Positions 14,525 to 24,396 of a stretch of 48,056 nucleotides of DNA are shown here, one piece after another. A program made the position numbers and the translations under genes. Position 1 is the stretch's first letter, and each line of letters begins with the position of its first letter. The notes under the pieces are model-generated. The model had not been told where the DNA came from, did not search any database, and saw only the letters and a program-made list of their open reading frames with translations. Origin of the DNA: a bacterium (GTDB taxonomy: Bacteria > Patescibacteriota > Minisyncoccia > Phycocordibacterales > Phycocordibacteraceae); the NCBI GenBank assembly GCA_021824605.1, contig JAKAKH010000013.1:1-48056 (forward strand), in the 5' to 3' direction.

Positions 14525-16963
14525 TTTCAGATACTCGGCAGCTTCGTCAGGAGTGAGCGAGGTGGCGGTCACCGTAGCGGGGAGATAGATACGCCGTAAG
14601 CCTTTTTTCAAAAAGAGACCCTGTTTTGATTTGTAGAGGACGATCATTTTCCCCGTCTTTGGATGCTTGCCGATTTCCGCTGCGATTTCGACGCCGCGGG
14701 GAGGTTTCTTTGGTTCAGCAAGAAGAGCGAGAGCGGTATCGAAGGTAACCGTGTACGGGTCGCCGACTGCTGGTTTGAGCGAGCGGAATTCACCATCGCT
14801 ACCAACATACGGACCGAAGCGTCCTGTCGATGCGAAGATAGGTTTACCGGTTGTCGGATGGAGTCCGAGCTCTCGTGGGAGAGAGAGCCACTTAAGCGCA
14901 TCTGCGAGGGTCACTTGAGTGAGGTCAGTGCCCGCAGGAATACTTGCACGACGTGCTGCTTTTTTCGGTTTCTTGCTTCGTTTTGCAGCCACTTTTTTCT
15001 TCGCTACTTTCTTTTTCGAGCTCTTTGTCACTGGTTCTGGTGCCTCCGGTGCTGGTGGCTCGAGGGCGGCCGGTTCTTCAGGGAGTTCCATCTCAACATA
15101 CGGACCGAAGCGTCCAGTTTTTATAAAAATAGGGGCACCCGTTTTCGGATCGTGACCGATAGGTTCGTCGCCCTTCAGTTCGACCCCTTCTTCTGTGCGG
15201 GCGCCAAGACAGTCAGGGTACTTCTTGCAGCTCATAAAAACACCACCGCGACCGAGTTTGAATTCCATAGGACCGCCGCACAGCGGACAGGGGAACTCAC
15301 TTGCAGCATCGCCGAGCGAGGTGGCTTTCGGAAGCTTGTCCCCCGAGTGAACGGCTTTTTCAAATGGGCCGTAGAAAGTCGTCAGCGTCTCAGTATAACC
15401 GCGCTCGCCGCGTGCGATCTCGTCGAGTTGATCTTCCATCTCTGCGGTAAAAGAGTCGCTAATGTATTGCGGGAAATGTTCTTCAAGCCATCCGGAGACC
15501 ACCATACCCGTTGCGGTCGGCTTTAGGGCGCGCCCAAGCTTCTCGACATAGCCGCGATCTTGGATAGTTTTCATCGTCGAGGCGTAGGTTGAAGGGCGAC
15601 CGATACCACGCTTCTCAAGCTCCTTAATAAGACCGGCCTCAGTGTAGCGGTTCGGCGGTTCAGTTTGTTTCTCGGTAGCGTCGAGCGAAAGGAGAGTGAG
15701 CGGATCGCCTTCAGCAACTTTCGGTAGCTCAATATCCTCGCCCCGCGCTTTCGTATCGAGTGCGAGCCAGCCAGGGAACATCACGCGTGATCCATTCGCT
15801 GCGAAGAGTGGAATATCGGCGTCTGCCTTGGCAACAATATTCGTCCGCATAATTTTTGCGGCAGCCATTTGCGAAGCGAGTGTTCGTGTACGGATGAGTT
15901 CGTAGAGCTGCTCTTCATCGGGGGTCGCACCAGCTTTGACACGGCCTGGCTCAGTCGGGCGGACTGCTTCGTGAGCCTCCTGGGCATTTTTACTTGTCGT
16001 CTTGTAGGTGCGCAGCGAGAGATACTCGTTTCCAAAATCGTGCTCGATAACTGTTGCCATTTTCGCAACAGCCTCAGCAGAAAGGTTCACCGAGTCGGTA
16101 CGCATATACGTAATGTGTCCCGCCTCGTAGAGTTTCTGTGCGGCACGCATCGCGCGGGACGGAGCGAATCCAAGTCGCGTTGAAGCGGCCTGTTGCAGCG
16201 TGGACGTTGTGAAAGGCGGGCGAGGATTTCGTTCCTCCGATTTCTCAGTGACACTTGCGATCGTCCAGGTAGCGTTTCTGCCGGCCTCTACGATACGGTC
16301 AGCTTCCTCCTTGGACTGTGGTTCAACGGCACAGATTGTCGCGATGTCGCCCGCCTTTGAGGTAAAGAGAGCATTGAGGACGAAATAGGTAACTGGGATA
16401 AATGAAGTGATTTCCCGTTCGCGTTCGGCGAGAATACGGAGCGCCGGTGACTGCACTCGTCCTGCAGAAAGTCCGTAGCGAACTTTCTTCCAAATAAGTC
16501 CCGAGAGATCGTAGCCAACGATACGATCGAGGACACGCCGCGCTTCTTGCGCGCGGCGCAAATGCTCGTCGATCGCACGTGGGTGTGCGATCGCCTCCTC
16601 GATGGCTGCTTTGGTGATTTCGTGGAAGACCACCCGCTGAGGTTTCTTCAGCCCGGCGACTTCTTTAATGTGCCACGCAATCGCTTCGCCCTCGCGGTCG
16701 GGGTCGGTCGCGAGATAGATCTCATCGGCTTTTGCGGCAGCACGTTCTATTTTTTCAATAACCTCGCGTTTATCTGCCGGAATGACGTATCGCGGGATGA
16801 ATCCGCCCTCGATATCGACGGCGTCTTTATTACTCTTTGGCAGGTCGCGGACATGGCCAACCGACGCAAGGACGGTGTATTCCTTGCCGAGATAGGTGCC
16901 AATAGTGCGTGCTTTTGTCGGGGATTCGACGATGAGTAAACGGTTGCCCATGTGTTCACTCAT
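14522..16963 (-). CDS. topA: DNA topoisomerase I
   Basis: Toprim N-terminus LLIVESPTKARTIGTYLG...SVGHVRDLP, a conserved topoisomerase IA core, a C4 zinc ribbon (CPLCGG...CKKYPDC), repeated TGRFGPYV modules and a Lys-rich linker. Confidence 0.95.
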   Translation of the reverse strand: MSEHMGNRLLIVESPTKARTIGTYLGKEYTVLASVGHVRDLPKSNKDAVDIEGGFIPRYVIPADKREVIEKIERAAAKADEIYLATDPDREGEAIAWHIKEVAGLKKPQRVVFHEITKAAIEEAIAHPRAIDEHLRRAQEARRVLDRIVGYDLSGLIWKKVRYGLSAGRVQSPALRILAEREREITSFIPVTYFVLNALFTSKAGDIATICAVEPQSKEEADRIVEAGRNATWTIASVTEKSEERNPRPPFTTSTLQQAASTRLGFAPSRAMRAAQKLYEAGHITYMRTDSVNLSAEAVAKMATVIEHDFGNEYLSLRTYKTTSKNAQEAHEAVRPTEPGRVKAGATPDEEQLYELIRTRTLASQMAAAKIMRTNIVAKADADIPLFAANGSRVMFPGWLALDTKARGEDIELPKVAEGDPLTLLSLDATEKQTEPPNRYTEAGLIKELEKRGIGRPSTYASTMKTIQDRGYVEKLGRALKPTATGMVVSGWLEEHFPQYISDSFTAEMEDQLDEIARGERGYTETLTTFYGPFEKAVHSGDKLPKATSLGDAASEFPCPLCGGPMEFKLGRGGVFMSCKKYPDCLGARTEEGVELKGDEPIGHDPKTGAPIFIKTGRFGPYVEMELPEEPAALEPPAPEAPEPVTKSSKKKVAKKKVAAKRSKKPKKAARRASIPAGTDLTQVTLADALKWLSLPRELGLHPTTGKPIFASTGRFGPYVGSDGEFRSLKPAVGDPYTVTFDTALALLAEPKKPPRGVEIAAEIGKHPKTGKMIVLYKSKQGLFLKKGLRRIYLPATVTATSLTPDEAAEYLK

Positions 16964-16994
16964 AACGCAGATACCTATATATGGTCAAGTGTCG

Positions 16995-17774
16995 CTATGA
17001 GATTTCGACGTATATTGGATGATGGTCTGAGCCGAGGCGATCGTCGAGCACTTCTGATTTTTGAATAGAAAAAGAGCGGGAGACAAGAATATGGTCGAGC
17101 TGTGAACGGGAGAGGGGGTGCGTGATTCTCCCGCGAAGAATATTAGTGAGCTGGTGCTCGAGAAAACGCTTCTCGAGGTGGGTGCGTTCCCGTGTGTATC
17201 GTACCGTATCGACCAGGCCGCCTCCGAGAAGCCAGTTGAGCGGAGTGATGTGGGGTTTCTCAAGAATATTGAAGTCACCGCAGACAATCGTCGAGCGCTC
17301 TGGGTCGCGTTTGGTCATAGCCATTTCAAATTCCTTAAGGCGCCATGCGGGTTGCGCGAGGATAAGATGCAGATTGAATACGCGAATCGATTGTCCGGCA
17401 TGCGTGATGTCGATATAGAGTCCGCCGCGGTTTCGTAGTTGCGAAAAACTAAAGGGACGCATCAGTCGCACGAAGAGGCGCGTGCGTAGCGGGAGGAGCG
17501 GCCAGTAGTCAGGGTAGGGTATCTCGCCGTGCGACTCGATAGGGAGGCGGGAAAGAATGACGTTGTATGTCGCTACGGCACCCGACCGGAACAGCTTTTC
17601 CATGTCGCTTCGATAGACGAGTGCAGAGGGCAGCTGTTTGAGGCGAGGCAAGAATGACTCGGGGACCTCTTGGAGGCAGAAAATATCGAAATCGGCATGC
17701 GCAATAAACTCGAATGCCTGTTCGAGTTTCTGATTTCGAAACAACATATTCCACGAGTAGATTTTCAAGGGCAT
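16995..17774 (-). CDS. Endonuclease/exonuclease/phosphatase (EEP) family protein
   Basis: Motif order SWN...CLQEV...GDFN...SDHHPI is typical of the EEP fold. Confidence 0.8.
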   Translation of the reverse strand: MPLKIYSWNMLFRNQKLEQAFEFIAHADFDIFCLQEVPESFLPRLKQLPSALVYRSDMEKLFRSGAVATYNVILSRLPIESHGEIPYPDYWPLLPLRTRLFVRLMRPFSFSQLRNRGGLYIDITHAGQSIRVFNLHLILAQPAWRLKEFEMAMTKRDPERSTIVCGDFNILEKPHITPLNWLLGGGLVDTVRYTRERTHLEKRFLEHQLTNILRGRITHPLSRSQLDHILVSRSFSIQKSEVLDDRLGSDHHPIYVEIS

Positions 17775-17777
17775 AGG

Positions 17778-18644
17778 TTATGTGCGGTGCCAGGCGCCAA
17801 ACTTCTCTGTGATGAGTCCGCGAAGCTCGAGCGCGACAAGGGCCGTAAGGACGTCACCGGCAGGCAGGCTTGCGGCAGACCGAAGAATCTCGTCGCGGGT
17901 CTTCGGTTCCTCTAGCATACTCCATATACCGCGTTCAGCATCATCGAGATCAGTCGGTGCGGTATCGCGCGACGTTTCCTCGTGTGGGGGAATACGGAGC
18001 GCCTCAAGAATATGGAGCGGCTCGGTGACTAGTGTCGCACCGAGGCGGGTGAAGAGATGTGGTCCGAAAGCGTGCGGGTCGCCGATACGATGCGGGATAC
18101 AGAGGAGTTCGCGATTATATTCTCCAGCGAGTCTCGCAGTGATAAGCGTGCCTGACTTCGGTCCGGCCTCGATCATGAGGACTGCATCGGCGAGTCCAAC
18201 CATTAGTCGGTTCCGTTCGGGGAAATAATGGATGCGCGAGGTCGCGTCGGGTGCGTACTCAGACAAGAATCCACCACCGGCGTGGAGAATCTCGCGGGCG
18301 AATGTGCGATTGCTTCGCGGGTAGAGCACGTCGTCGCCGAGCCCTGAGCCGGGTACGACGAGAGTGTGAAGGCCCGCCGCGAGTGCTGCTTTGTGTGCGC
18401 ACGTGTCGATACCAAGCGCGAGGCCGCTGACGATTGAAATCGGATAGCCAGCGAGGCCGGCGATAAGTTTCTGACACGCTTCTTGTCCGTAGTGTGTCAT
18501 CGCGCGACTGCCGACGACGGTGAGGAGTTTCGTACCGTGAGGAGGGAGGGTACCGCGTACCCACAGCTCTTTAGGAAGTTGAGGTATTTCACTCAATTGT
18601 GCTGGCCACTCTTCTCGCGGGAGCAAGCGGATGTCCATAGACAT
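17778..18644 (-). CDS. dprA: DNA processing protein DprA (Smf)
   Basis: VVGSRAMTHYG...IVSGLALGIDTCAHKAAL...PERNRLMVGLADAVLMIEAGPKSGTLITA. The ORF opens at 18722, but ATG 18644 (MSMDIRLLP) fits DprA length better. Confidence 0.85.
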   Translation of the reverse strand: MSMDIRLLPREEWPAQLSEIPQLPKELWVRGTLPPHGTKLLTVVGSRAMTHYGQEACQKLIAGLAGYPISIVSGLALGIDTCAHKAALAAGLHTLVVPGSGLGDDVLYPRSNRTFAREILHAGGGFLSEYAPDATSRIHYFPERNRLMVGLADAVLMIEAGPKSGTLITARLAGEYNRELLCIPHRIGDPHAFGPHLFTRLGATLVTEPLHILEALRIPPHEETSRDTAPTDLDDAERGIWSMLEEPKTRDEILRSAASLPAGDVLTALVALELRGLITEKFGAWHRT

Positions 18645-18740
18645 AGTATATCGTGCACAGCGCGGTTCTTGACTAAGTACTACAGAATTGTACTGTAGAT
18701 GCGGGTATATTGTGTACATCACATAAGGAAAGGAGTCTGC

Positions 18741-19241
18741 ATGATGATCAGGGACCTCTTAAGAGAGGCGCAGCAGCATCTTGCTGCCGCCATGTTCGAA
18801 AGCTTGTCGGTGTGCCTTGCGTCTGAGGCGCCGGTCAAGCCGAAAGCAAAACAGTTCACGTATCAAAATGGACGCTTCAAAATCATAGATTCTTCTCGTC
18901 CGTCCTTCATGACACTGCACCAGCTCAGGGGAATGACTTCGATCTGGTGTAACGATCGACTCATCTGGGTCATGCAGTACGCGGAGGACTACTCCGACGA
19001 AGATCGACCATTGATCCGGAGAATTCTCAGGATGTCGCATCGAGAGATCTTGAGGACAGGAGAATTCTTTGGGGTGCGCGGACCCTGGCAGCGAGTCTTG
19101 CCTTCGCAGAGTCTGGTGTACAGGAATGTCGTGCATGAGCACAGCGATTTTGGCCAGTTCTCAGGACATGAATCATTGCGCTCCAGTGATTCGCCTCTCG
19201 AACGAGGTCGTTGCGATTATTGGGGATCTGCGCTCATCTGA
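18741..19241 (+). CDS. Hypothetical protein, possibly DUF5680-like
   Basis: GGAAAGGAG RBS before ATG 18741 (MMIRDLL...). The pattern Y.NG.F.I.D...IW.MQY...FGVRGP...F.G.E resembles DUF5680 (from memory, low certainty). Confidence 0.5.
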   Translation: MMIRDLLREAQQHLAAAMFESLSVCLASEAPVKPKAKQFTYQNGRFKIIDSSRPSFMTLHQLRGMTSIWCNDRLIWVMQYAEDYSDEDRPLIRRILRMSHREILRTGEFFGVRGPWQRVLPSQSLVYRNVVHEHSDFGQFSGHESLRSSDSPLERGRCDYWGSALI

Positions 19242-19262
19242 CGAGGCACTCTCTGTGCACTC

Positions 19263-19294
19263 AAACGCCGCATACACATGCGGCGTTTTGTTTT
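19263..19294 (+). terminator. Intrinsic terminator
   Basis: AAACGCCGCAT-ACAC-ATGCGGCGTTT followed by TGTTTT. Confidence 0.65.
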
Positions 19295-19324
19295 ATGGGA
19301 ATACGGGGAGTATACTATCCCCAT

Positions 19325-20608
19325 ATGCTCGACATACATTTCATACGAGAGAACATTGATCTCGTCAAAGCGGGTGCTAAGAAAAAGCACATTGAGGTCG
19401 ATATCGACCGACTGATTGCTGTCGATGACGAACGCAAACTCGTGCGTCAAGAACTCGACACGAAGCGTGCCGAACAGAACCGACGAAGTTCCGAGATTCA
19501 GCGTGCGGAGGGCGTCGAACGTGAGAAATTAATCGAGGCAATGCAGCACCTCAAGACCGGCATGGCCGAGGAAGAAGAGAGATTGAAAGGGATCATGGCG
19601 GAATGGCAGAAGCTGATGCTTGCTGTTCCGAACATCCCGGATATGTCGGTACCCGATGGGGAAAGCGATGCAGATAATAAGGAGGTGAAGAAGTGGGGCG
19701 AGCTTCCGCAATTCTCATTTACGCCGAAAGACCATGTCGAGCTGATGACGAATCTCGGTATGGCCGATTTCGAACGCGGGGCGAAAGTCGCTGGCTTCCG
19801 CGGCTATTTCCTCAAGGGCGAGGGCGCGCTGCTCCTGTTCGCGCTCTGGCAATTTATGATGCAGCACTTTGCGCAGAAAAATGCGCAGGGGGATTCGTGG
19901 ACGCCGATAGTGGTCCCGTCACTCGTCCGTCGAGAAGGCTTCATGGGCACCGGCTATCTGCCGCAGAGCGAAGATGATCTCTATAAGACACAAGATGCAG
20001 AGTATCTTGCGGGCACGGGTGAAGTGGCAACGATGGCGTACTACATGGACGAGGTGCTTGAGGCGAAAGATTTCCCACTGAAGTTCTTTGCCTTCTCGCC
20101 TTGCTTCCGGCGCGAGATCGGTGCACACGGGAAAGACACGAAGGGCTTGGTGCGCGTGCACGAATTTTATAAATTTGAACAAGTCGCTCTCACTGAGGCG
20201 TCACATGAGGCGACTGTACAGCTCCACGAAGAGCTCACGCGCAATGCGGAGGAGATTCTCGAACTTCTCAAGATTCCGTATCACACCGTTGTGAACTGTG
20301 GCGGCGATCTTGGTCTCGGCCAGGTGAAGAAATATGACATCGAAGCCTGGATGCCGGGTGAAGGGAAGTATCGCGAGACACACTCCTCTTCGTACTTCCA
20401 CGATTTCCAAACGCGCCGTCTGAACATCCGCTATCGTGACGCTGACGGGTCGCTCAAGTTTGCCCACTCACTCAACAATACTGCGCTTGCGATGCCACGT
20501 TTCATCGCGGTGCTCGTAGAGAACTACCAACAAGCCGACGGTACGATTAAAGTGCCCGACGTTCTTGTGCCGTATGTCGGAAAATCGGTCATCGGCGCTC
20601 TCGGGTAG
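19325..20608 (+). CDS. serS: Seryl-tRNA synthetase
   Basis: N-terminal coiled-coil MLDIHFIRENIDLVK...; class II core with FRREIG...GLVRVHEF.KFE and the C-terminal ...SLNNTALAMPRFIAVLVENYQ motif. The ORF opens upstream at 19211; the start is taken at ATG 19325. Confidence 0.95.
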   Translation: MLDIHFIRENIDLVKAGAKKKHIEVDIDRLIAVDDERKLVRQELDTKRAEQNRRSSEIQRAEGVEREKLIEAMQHLKTGMAEEEERLKGIMAEWQKLMLAVPNIPDMSVPDGESDADNKEVKKWGELPQFSFTPKDHVELMTNLGMADFERGAKVAGFRGYFLKGEGALLLFALWQFMMQHFAQKNAQGDSWTPIVVPSLVRREGFMGTGYLPQSEDDLYKTQDAEYLAGTGEVATMAYYMDEVLEAKDFPLKFFAFSPCFRREIGAHGKDTKGLVRVHEFYKFEQVALTEASHEATVQLHEELTRNAEEILELLKIPYHTVVNCGGDLGLGQVKKYDIEAWMPGEGKYRETHSSSYFHDFQTRRLNIRYRDADGSLKFAHSLNNTALAMPRFIAVLVENYQQADGTIKVPDVLVPYVGKSVIGALG

Positions 20609-21410
20609 CGAACGACTTGCCGTACGCCGACGCCGTAGGCGGCGCCGGATCTCTATTGCGATCGGCATACTCGCCATGCTCGTTAGTGGGGCACTCGTGT
20701 ACGGTCTCTGGCAGGCGCCGGTGCGTATTTCCCACGTGGTGGTGTATGGTGCCGACCAATCGCTCGCGTCTCTGGCAACCGTCGCTATGCAGGGAACATA
20801 TTTTGGTCTTATCCCGCGCGATTCAACATTCTTTTTTCCTGAAGCGAGTATTCGTACGAATCTCCTCGCAGCGTATCCTGCTATTGCTGCCGTTTCCATT
20901 TTCCGTACTGGGCTCACTGGGCTGTCTATCAAAGTTGATACCCGCGTACCGATTGCACGATGGTGTGGCGCGACGCCACCGATAGCGTCGTCGACGACAC
21001 CTATCGACGACGCCTCGTGCGACGTCTTTGATGCAAGTGGGTTTGTGTATGCAACGTCGAGTCCGAGTACGCCAGTGAATCCTTTTGTGATCTATATGCC
21101 GCTTGCAACCACGTCTTTGGGGACGGCAATTGGTGCAACACTGCCGCACGCCGACAGCTTATCGGGAGCATTCGACTTCGCTCGGCAGCTCAGTACGTTT
21201 GGTTCGCCAATAACGATGGTCGTTTTCCGTGGCGATGAAGTGGACGATTACTTCAAGAGTGGAACGCGAGTGACCTATGTGCTCGGCGATGAGGAGAATG
21301 CCTTTACCGCACTTGCTTCCGCCCAGACGAATTTCAATCTTGCTGACGGGTCGGTCGATTATGTTGACCTGCGTTTCCCCGGGAAGGTGTATTTAAAGTC
21401 AGGGAAGTGA
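20574..21410 (+). CDS. ftsQ: Cell division protein FtsQ/DivIB-like (POTRA domain)
   Basis: Poly-Arg juxtamembrane segment, TM helix (ISIAIGILAMLVSGALVYGLW) and a POTRA-like ISHVVVYGADQ...VSIFRTGLTGLSIKVDTRVPIARW. ATG 20574 overlaps the serS 3' end by 35 nt. Confidence 0.6.
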   Translation: MSENRSSALSGSERLAVRRRRRRRRISIAIGILAMLVSGALVYGLWQAPVRISHVVVYGADQSLASLATVAMQGTYFGLIPRDSTFFFPEASIRTNLLAAYPAIAAVSIFRTGLTGLSIKVDTRVPIARWCGATPPIASSTTPIDDASCDVFDASGFVYATSSPSTPVNPFVIYMPLATTSLGTAIGATLPHADSLSGAFDFARQLSTFGSPITMVVFRGDEVDDYFKSGTRVTYVLGDEENAFTALASAQTNFNLADGSVDYVDLRFPGKVYLKSGK

Positions 21411-21422
21411 TACCGTTCTGCT

Positions 21423-22391
21423 ATGTCGTTTTGGAAAGGAATACAGTCCCCATTTTTCGTGATGGCGCCAATGGCCGACGTGACCGACGTCGCTTTTCGT
21501 GCACTCGTTGCGAAGAACGGCGCACCAGATGTCTTCTGGACGGAATTTGTCTCAGCAGACGGTCTTTACCACACCCGAGAGATACAGAAGCTGCGAGACG
21601 AGGAGAATCCGCTTATGCGGGACCTCCTCCTCGAGAAGGGGCAGCACCCGATTGTTGCACAGATATTCTCGAGTAAGCCGGATATGATTGCGTACGCGAC
21701 AAAGCTGGTCGCGGAGCTCGGCTTCGACGGGGTCGATATTAATATGGGTTGCCCTGATCGCGCGATTGAGCGGCAGGGCTGCGGATCCGCAATGATAAAG
21801 ACGCCCGAGGTCGCGCGCGAGATTATTCGTGCAGCAAAAGCGGCAAGCAGTCTCCCGGTGTCAGTGAAGACGCGCGTTGGCTACAACAAAGAGTCGCTCG
21901 ATGAATGGCTTCCGGTTCTCCTTGCCGAGGCACCGGCAGCGATCACGCTCCACTTGCGCACGCGGAAGCAGCTGTCGCTCGTGCCTGCTGACTGGGAGTT
22001 GATGAAGAAAGCGGTTGCGATTCGTAACCGCCTCAATCCCGACGTGCTCCTCATCGGTAATGGAGATGTCGAGAGTGTTGCACAAGGGAAACAGCATATC
22101 GCAGACACAGGGTGTGACGGCGTCATGATTGGGCGCGGTATGTTCGGGAACCCGTGGGTCTTCGCCGGGCGCACCAGAGAAGAGACACCGCTTACAGAGA
22201 AGCTCGCGGCGCTTATCGAACTTGCGCACGCTTTCGAACGCATTATGCCGCCGAAGAGTTTCGCCATACTTAAAAAACATATTAAAGCGTTCGTGATCGG
22301 CTTCGATGGTGCCGCGCAGCTGCGCGCCAAGCTTATGGAAGCCGAGTCGGCAAGTGAACTCGAACGCATTATTCTCGAGAATCACGTATAA
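21423..22391 (+). CDS. dus: tRNA-dihydrouridine synthase
   Basis: MAPMADVTDVAFRAL...GFDGVDINMGCP...LHLRTR, the Dus TIM-barrel motifs. Confidence 0.9.
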   Translation: MSFWKGIQSPFFVMAPMADVTDVAFRALVAKNGAPDVFWTEFVSADGLYHTREIQKLRDEENPLMRDLLLEKGQHPIVAQIFSSKPDMIAYATKLVAELGFDGVDINMGCPDRAIERQGCGSAMIKTPEVAREIIRAAKAASSLPVSVKTRVGYNKESLDEWLPVLLAEAPAAITLHLRTRKQLSLVPADWELMKKAVAIRNRLNPDVLLIGNGDVESVAQGKQHIADTGCDGVMIGRGMFGNPWVFAGRTREETPLTEKLAALIELAHAFERIMPPKSFAILKKHIKAFVIGFDGAAQLRAKLMEAESASELERIILENHV

Positions 22392-22402
22392 TAGCTACCT
22401 AC

Positions 22403-23431
22403 ATGGCTCATCAATCTCTCTATCGGATACATCGCCCTGCAACCTTCGCTGATGTGGTCGGGCAGGAGCAGGTGACGAAGCCGCTCGAAGAAGCGGTGAA
22501 GACAAAGAAGATAGGGCATGCGTACCTCTTCGCAGGCAGCCGCGGGCTCGGCAAGACCTCAGTCGCGCGTATCTTCGCGCACGCGATCGGCTGCACCGAC
22601 AATGACCTCTACGAAGTCGATGCTGCAAGTAATAATAGTGTTGAGGATATCCGTGCGCTCACGGAAGGAGTCTACACGCTCCCGTTTGCCTCGCCCTACA
22701 AGGTGTACATTCTTGACGAAGTGCATATGCTCTCGAAGGGAGCGTGGAATGCTTTTCTAAAAACGCTTGAGGAGCCACCGGCGTATGCCATTTTTATTTT
22801 AGCGACGACTGAGCTCGAGAAAGTGCCTGAGACGGTGCAGTCGCGTTGTCAGGTGTTCGAATTTAAGAAGCCGACGCGGACAGTCCTCGCGAAAATGATC
22901 ACCGCTGTTGCGAAGAAAGAAGGGTATACGCTTGCCGCTGATGCGGCTGAGCTTATCGCGATGCTCGCTGACGGTTCGTATCGTGATGCACTCTCGGTCC
23001 TCCAGAAAGTATTTGCAGGAACAGAAGGGAAGACTCTCTCGCGGGACGTGGTCGAACAGGCGACCGGTGCGCCACGGCGCGAGCAGGTACAGACGCTTCT
23101 CACCGCGCTCGCCAAGGGCGAGCGCGGTGCGGCTCTCACGGCGGTAGAGAACGCAGCGAAGTCGGGGGCAGATATGAAGCTCTTCCTCGAGCTGGTACTC
23201 ACGGCGCTCCGCACCACGCTCCTTATCCGTTTCGCACCTGAGCTCCGCACGAGCCTTGCTGAGGAGCAGGGTGCTGACGAGTACGCAGCGCTAGAGAAGC
23301 TCGCAGAAGAGAAAGGTATCACCCACACCACACTGCTCGCGTTCCTCACTGCGGCGGATCGTATCCGCTACGCACCTATTCCGGTGATCCCACTCGAGCT
23401 CGCTATCTTCGAGATTTTTCCAGAAGAATGA
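22403..23431 (+). CDS. dnaX: DNA polymerase III subunit gamma/tau, short form
   Basis: YR.HRPATFADVVGQE...HAYLFAGSRGLGKTS...ILDEVHMLS...SRCQVF. At 342 aa it lacks a tau C-terminal extension. Confidence 0.9.
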   Translation: MAHQSLYRIHRPATFADVVGQEQVTKPLEEAVKTKKIGHAYLFAGSRGLGKTSVARIFAHAIGCTDNDLYEVDAASNNSVEDIRALTEGVYTLPFASPYKVYILDEVHMLSKGAWNAFLKTLEEPPAYAIFILATTELEKVPETVQSRCQVFEFKKPTRTVLAKMITAVAKKEGYTLAADAAELIAMLADGSYRDALSVLQKVFAGTEGKTLSRDVVEQATGAPRREQVQTLLTALAKGERGAALTAVENAAKSGADMKLFLELVLTALRTTLLIRFAPELRTSLAEEQGADEYAALEKLAEEKGITHTTLLAFLTAADRIRYAPIPVIPLELAIFEIFPEE

Positions 23432-24228
23432 AAGAAGCTCTCTACTGGCTCGTGCTCCTTGTTGTTGCTCTTGCCGCCGGTACTGGACTCTACACGCGGT
23501 ATCAGCAGACTCGTCCGTGCACCCAGCCGATCACCTATAGTCTCGGCGCTGTTGACCCGCGCTTCGCCACGTCAAACGCGGAGCTTCTCGCCGAAGCGAA
23601 AGCGGCCACCGCTATCTGGAATACTGCCGAAGGGCGCACGCTCTTTGTGTATACCCCACAGGCGAAATTGAAGATTAATTTGATCTATGATGCGCGCCAG
23701 GCCGACGCGAAGTTTGGCGCGGAGATTGCCCAGGAGCAGGCCGCTGCCGATGCGGCACGCGCGACACTCGACACCCTTCAGGCGCAGTACAAAGCAGATC
23801 AAGCGACATACACCCAAGCAGTCGAAGCGGTGAATGCGCGCGGAGGAGCGACCCCGAGCGAAGCGGTGGCGCTGAACACTGAACGCGATGCGCTCACGCA
23901 GCTTGCAGATTCGATTAATGCGAAAGTGGCCTCCTTCAACGCGAGTATCGCTGCACTGAACGCGAGCGTGGACCAGTATAATACGACGGCCGGGCATACC
24001 TTCCAGGAGGGAGAGTACGTGCGCGACGCGGCGGGCGAACGTATTAATATCTTCGAGTTTGTCGGCGCGACGCAGCTCGAGCGCGTGCTCGCACACGAGT
24101 TCGGCCATGCGCTCGGCCTCGACCACAACAGTGATCCGAAATCGATTATGTATGCGAAGAATGAGAGCGGGAATCTGACGCCCACCGCTGCAGACCTTGC
24201 GGCGCTGCACGCGCTCTGTGGAGCATAG
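23428..24228 (+). CDS. Membrane-anchored matrixin-like zinc metalloprotease
   Basis: HEFGHALGLDHNSDPKSIMY (HExxHxxGxxH plus Met-turn) and an N-terminal TM helix. ATGA start/stop overlap with dnaX. Confidence 0.8.
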   Translation: MKEALYWLVLLVVALAAGTGLYTRYQQTRPCTQPITYSLGAVDPRFATSNAELLAEAKAATAIWNTAEGRTLFVYTPQAKLKINLIYDARQADAKFGAEIAQEQAAADAARATLDTLQAQYKADQATYTQAVEAVNARGGATPSEAVALNTERDALTQLADSINAKVASFNASIAALNASVDQYNTTAGHTFQEGEYVRDAAGERINIFEFVGATQLERVLAHEFGHALGLDHNSDPKSIMYAKNESGNLTPTAADLAALHALCGA

Positions 24229-24298
24229 TCGCCCTGACAGGGCGAGGGAGGGATGGTAGAGTGCGAAGCAATGGGAGGGTGCGATAAGTTTGAAATAT

Positions 24299-24369
24299 TG
24301 GGAGATCGTCTAAAGGTAGGACAGGGGCCTTTGAAGCCCTCAATCTAGGTTCGATTCCTAGTCTCCCAG
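24299..24369 (+). tRNA. trnQ: tRNA-Gln (anticodon UUG), 71 nt, no encoded CCA
   Basis: Hand fold: TGGGAGA/TCTCCCA acceptor (U1-A72 as in bacterial tRNA-Gln), GTCT/GGAC D-stem, GGGGC-CTTTGAA-GCCCT anticodon arm, CTAGG-TTCGATT-CCTAG T-arm, discriminator G. Confidence 0.9.
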
Positions 24370-24396
24370 CAAATTGTGCGAAGCAGCAATTTGCTG
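24367..24396 (+). other. Spacer hairpin between tRNA-Gln and the tRNA-like RNA
   Basis: CAGCAAATTG...CAATTTGCTG, a 10-bp stem with inner TGC-GAA-GCA, overlapping the last 3 nt of the tRNA. It occupies the same position as hairpin 7182-7208 at the Trp locus. Confidence 0.4.

Noticed and set aside
14663-15526. 287-aa ORF on the plus strand (and several shorter ones at 14667-15155)
   Set aside because: It is antisense to the conserved C-terminal region of topA. Its Cys/Arg/Phe-rich composition is low-complexity. It is a shadow ORF.
24229-24247. Short hairpin CGCCCTGACAGGGCG after the metalloprotease gene, considered as a terminator
   Set aside because: The stem is 5-7 bp with no T-tract, which is too weak to call.
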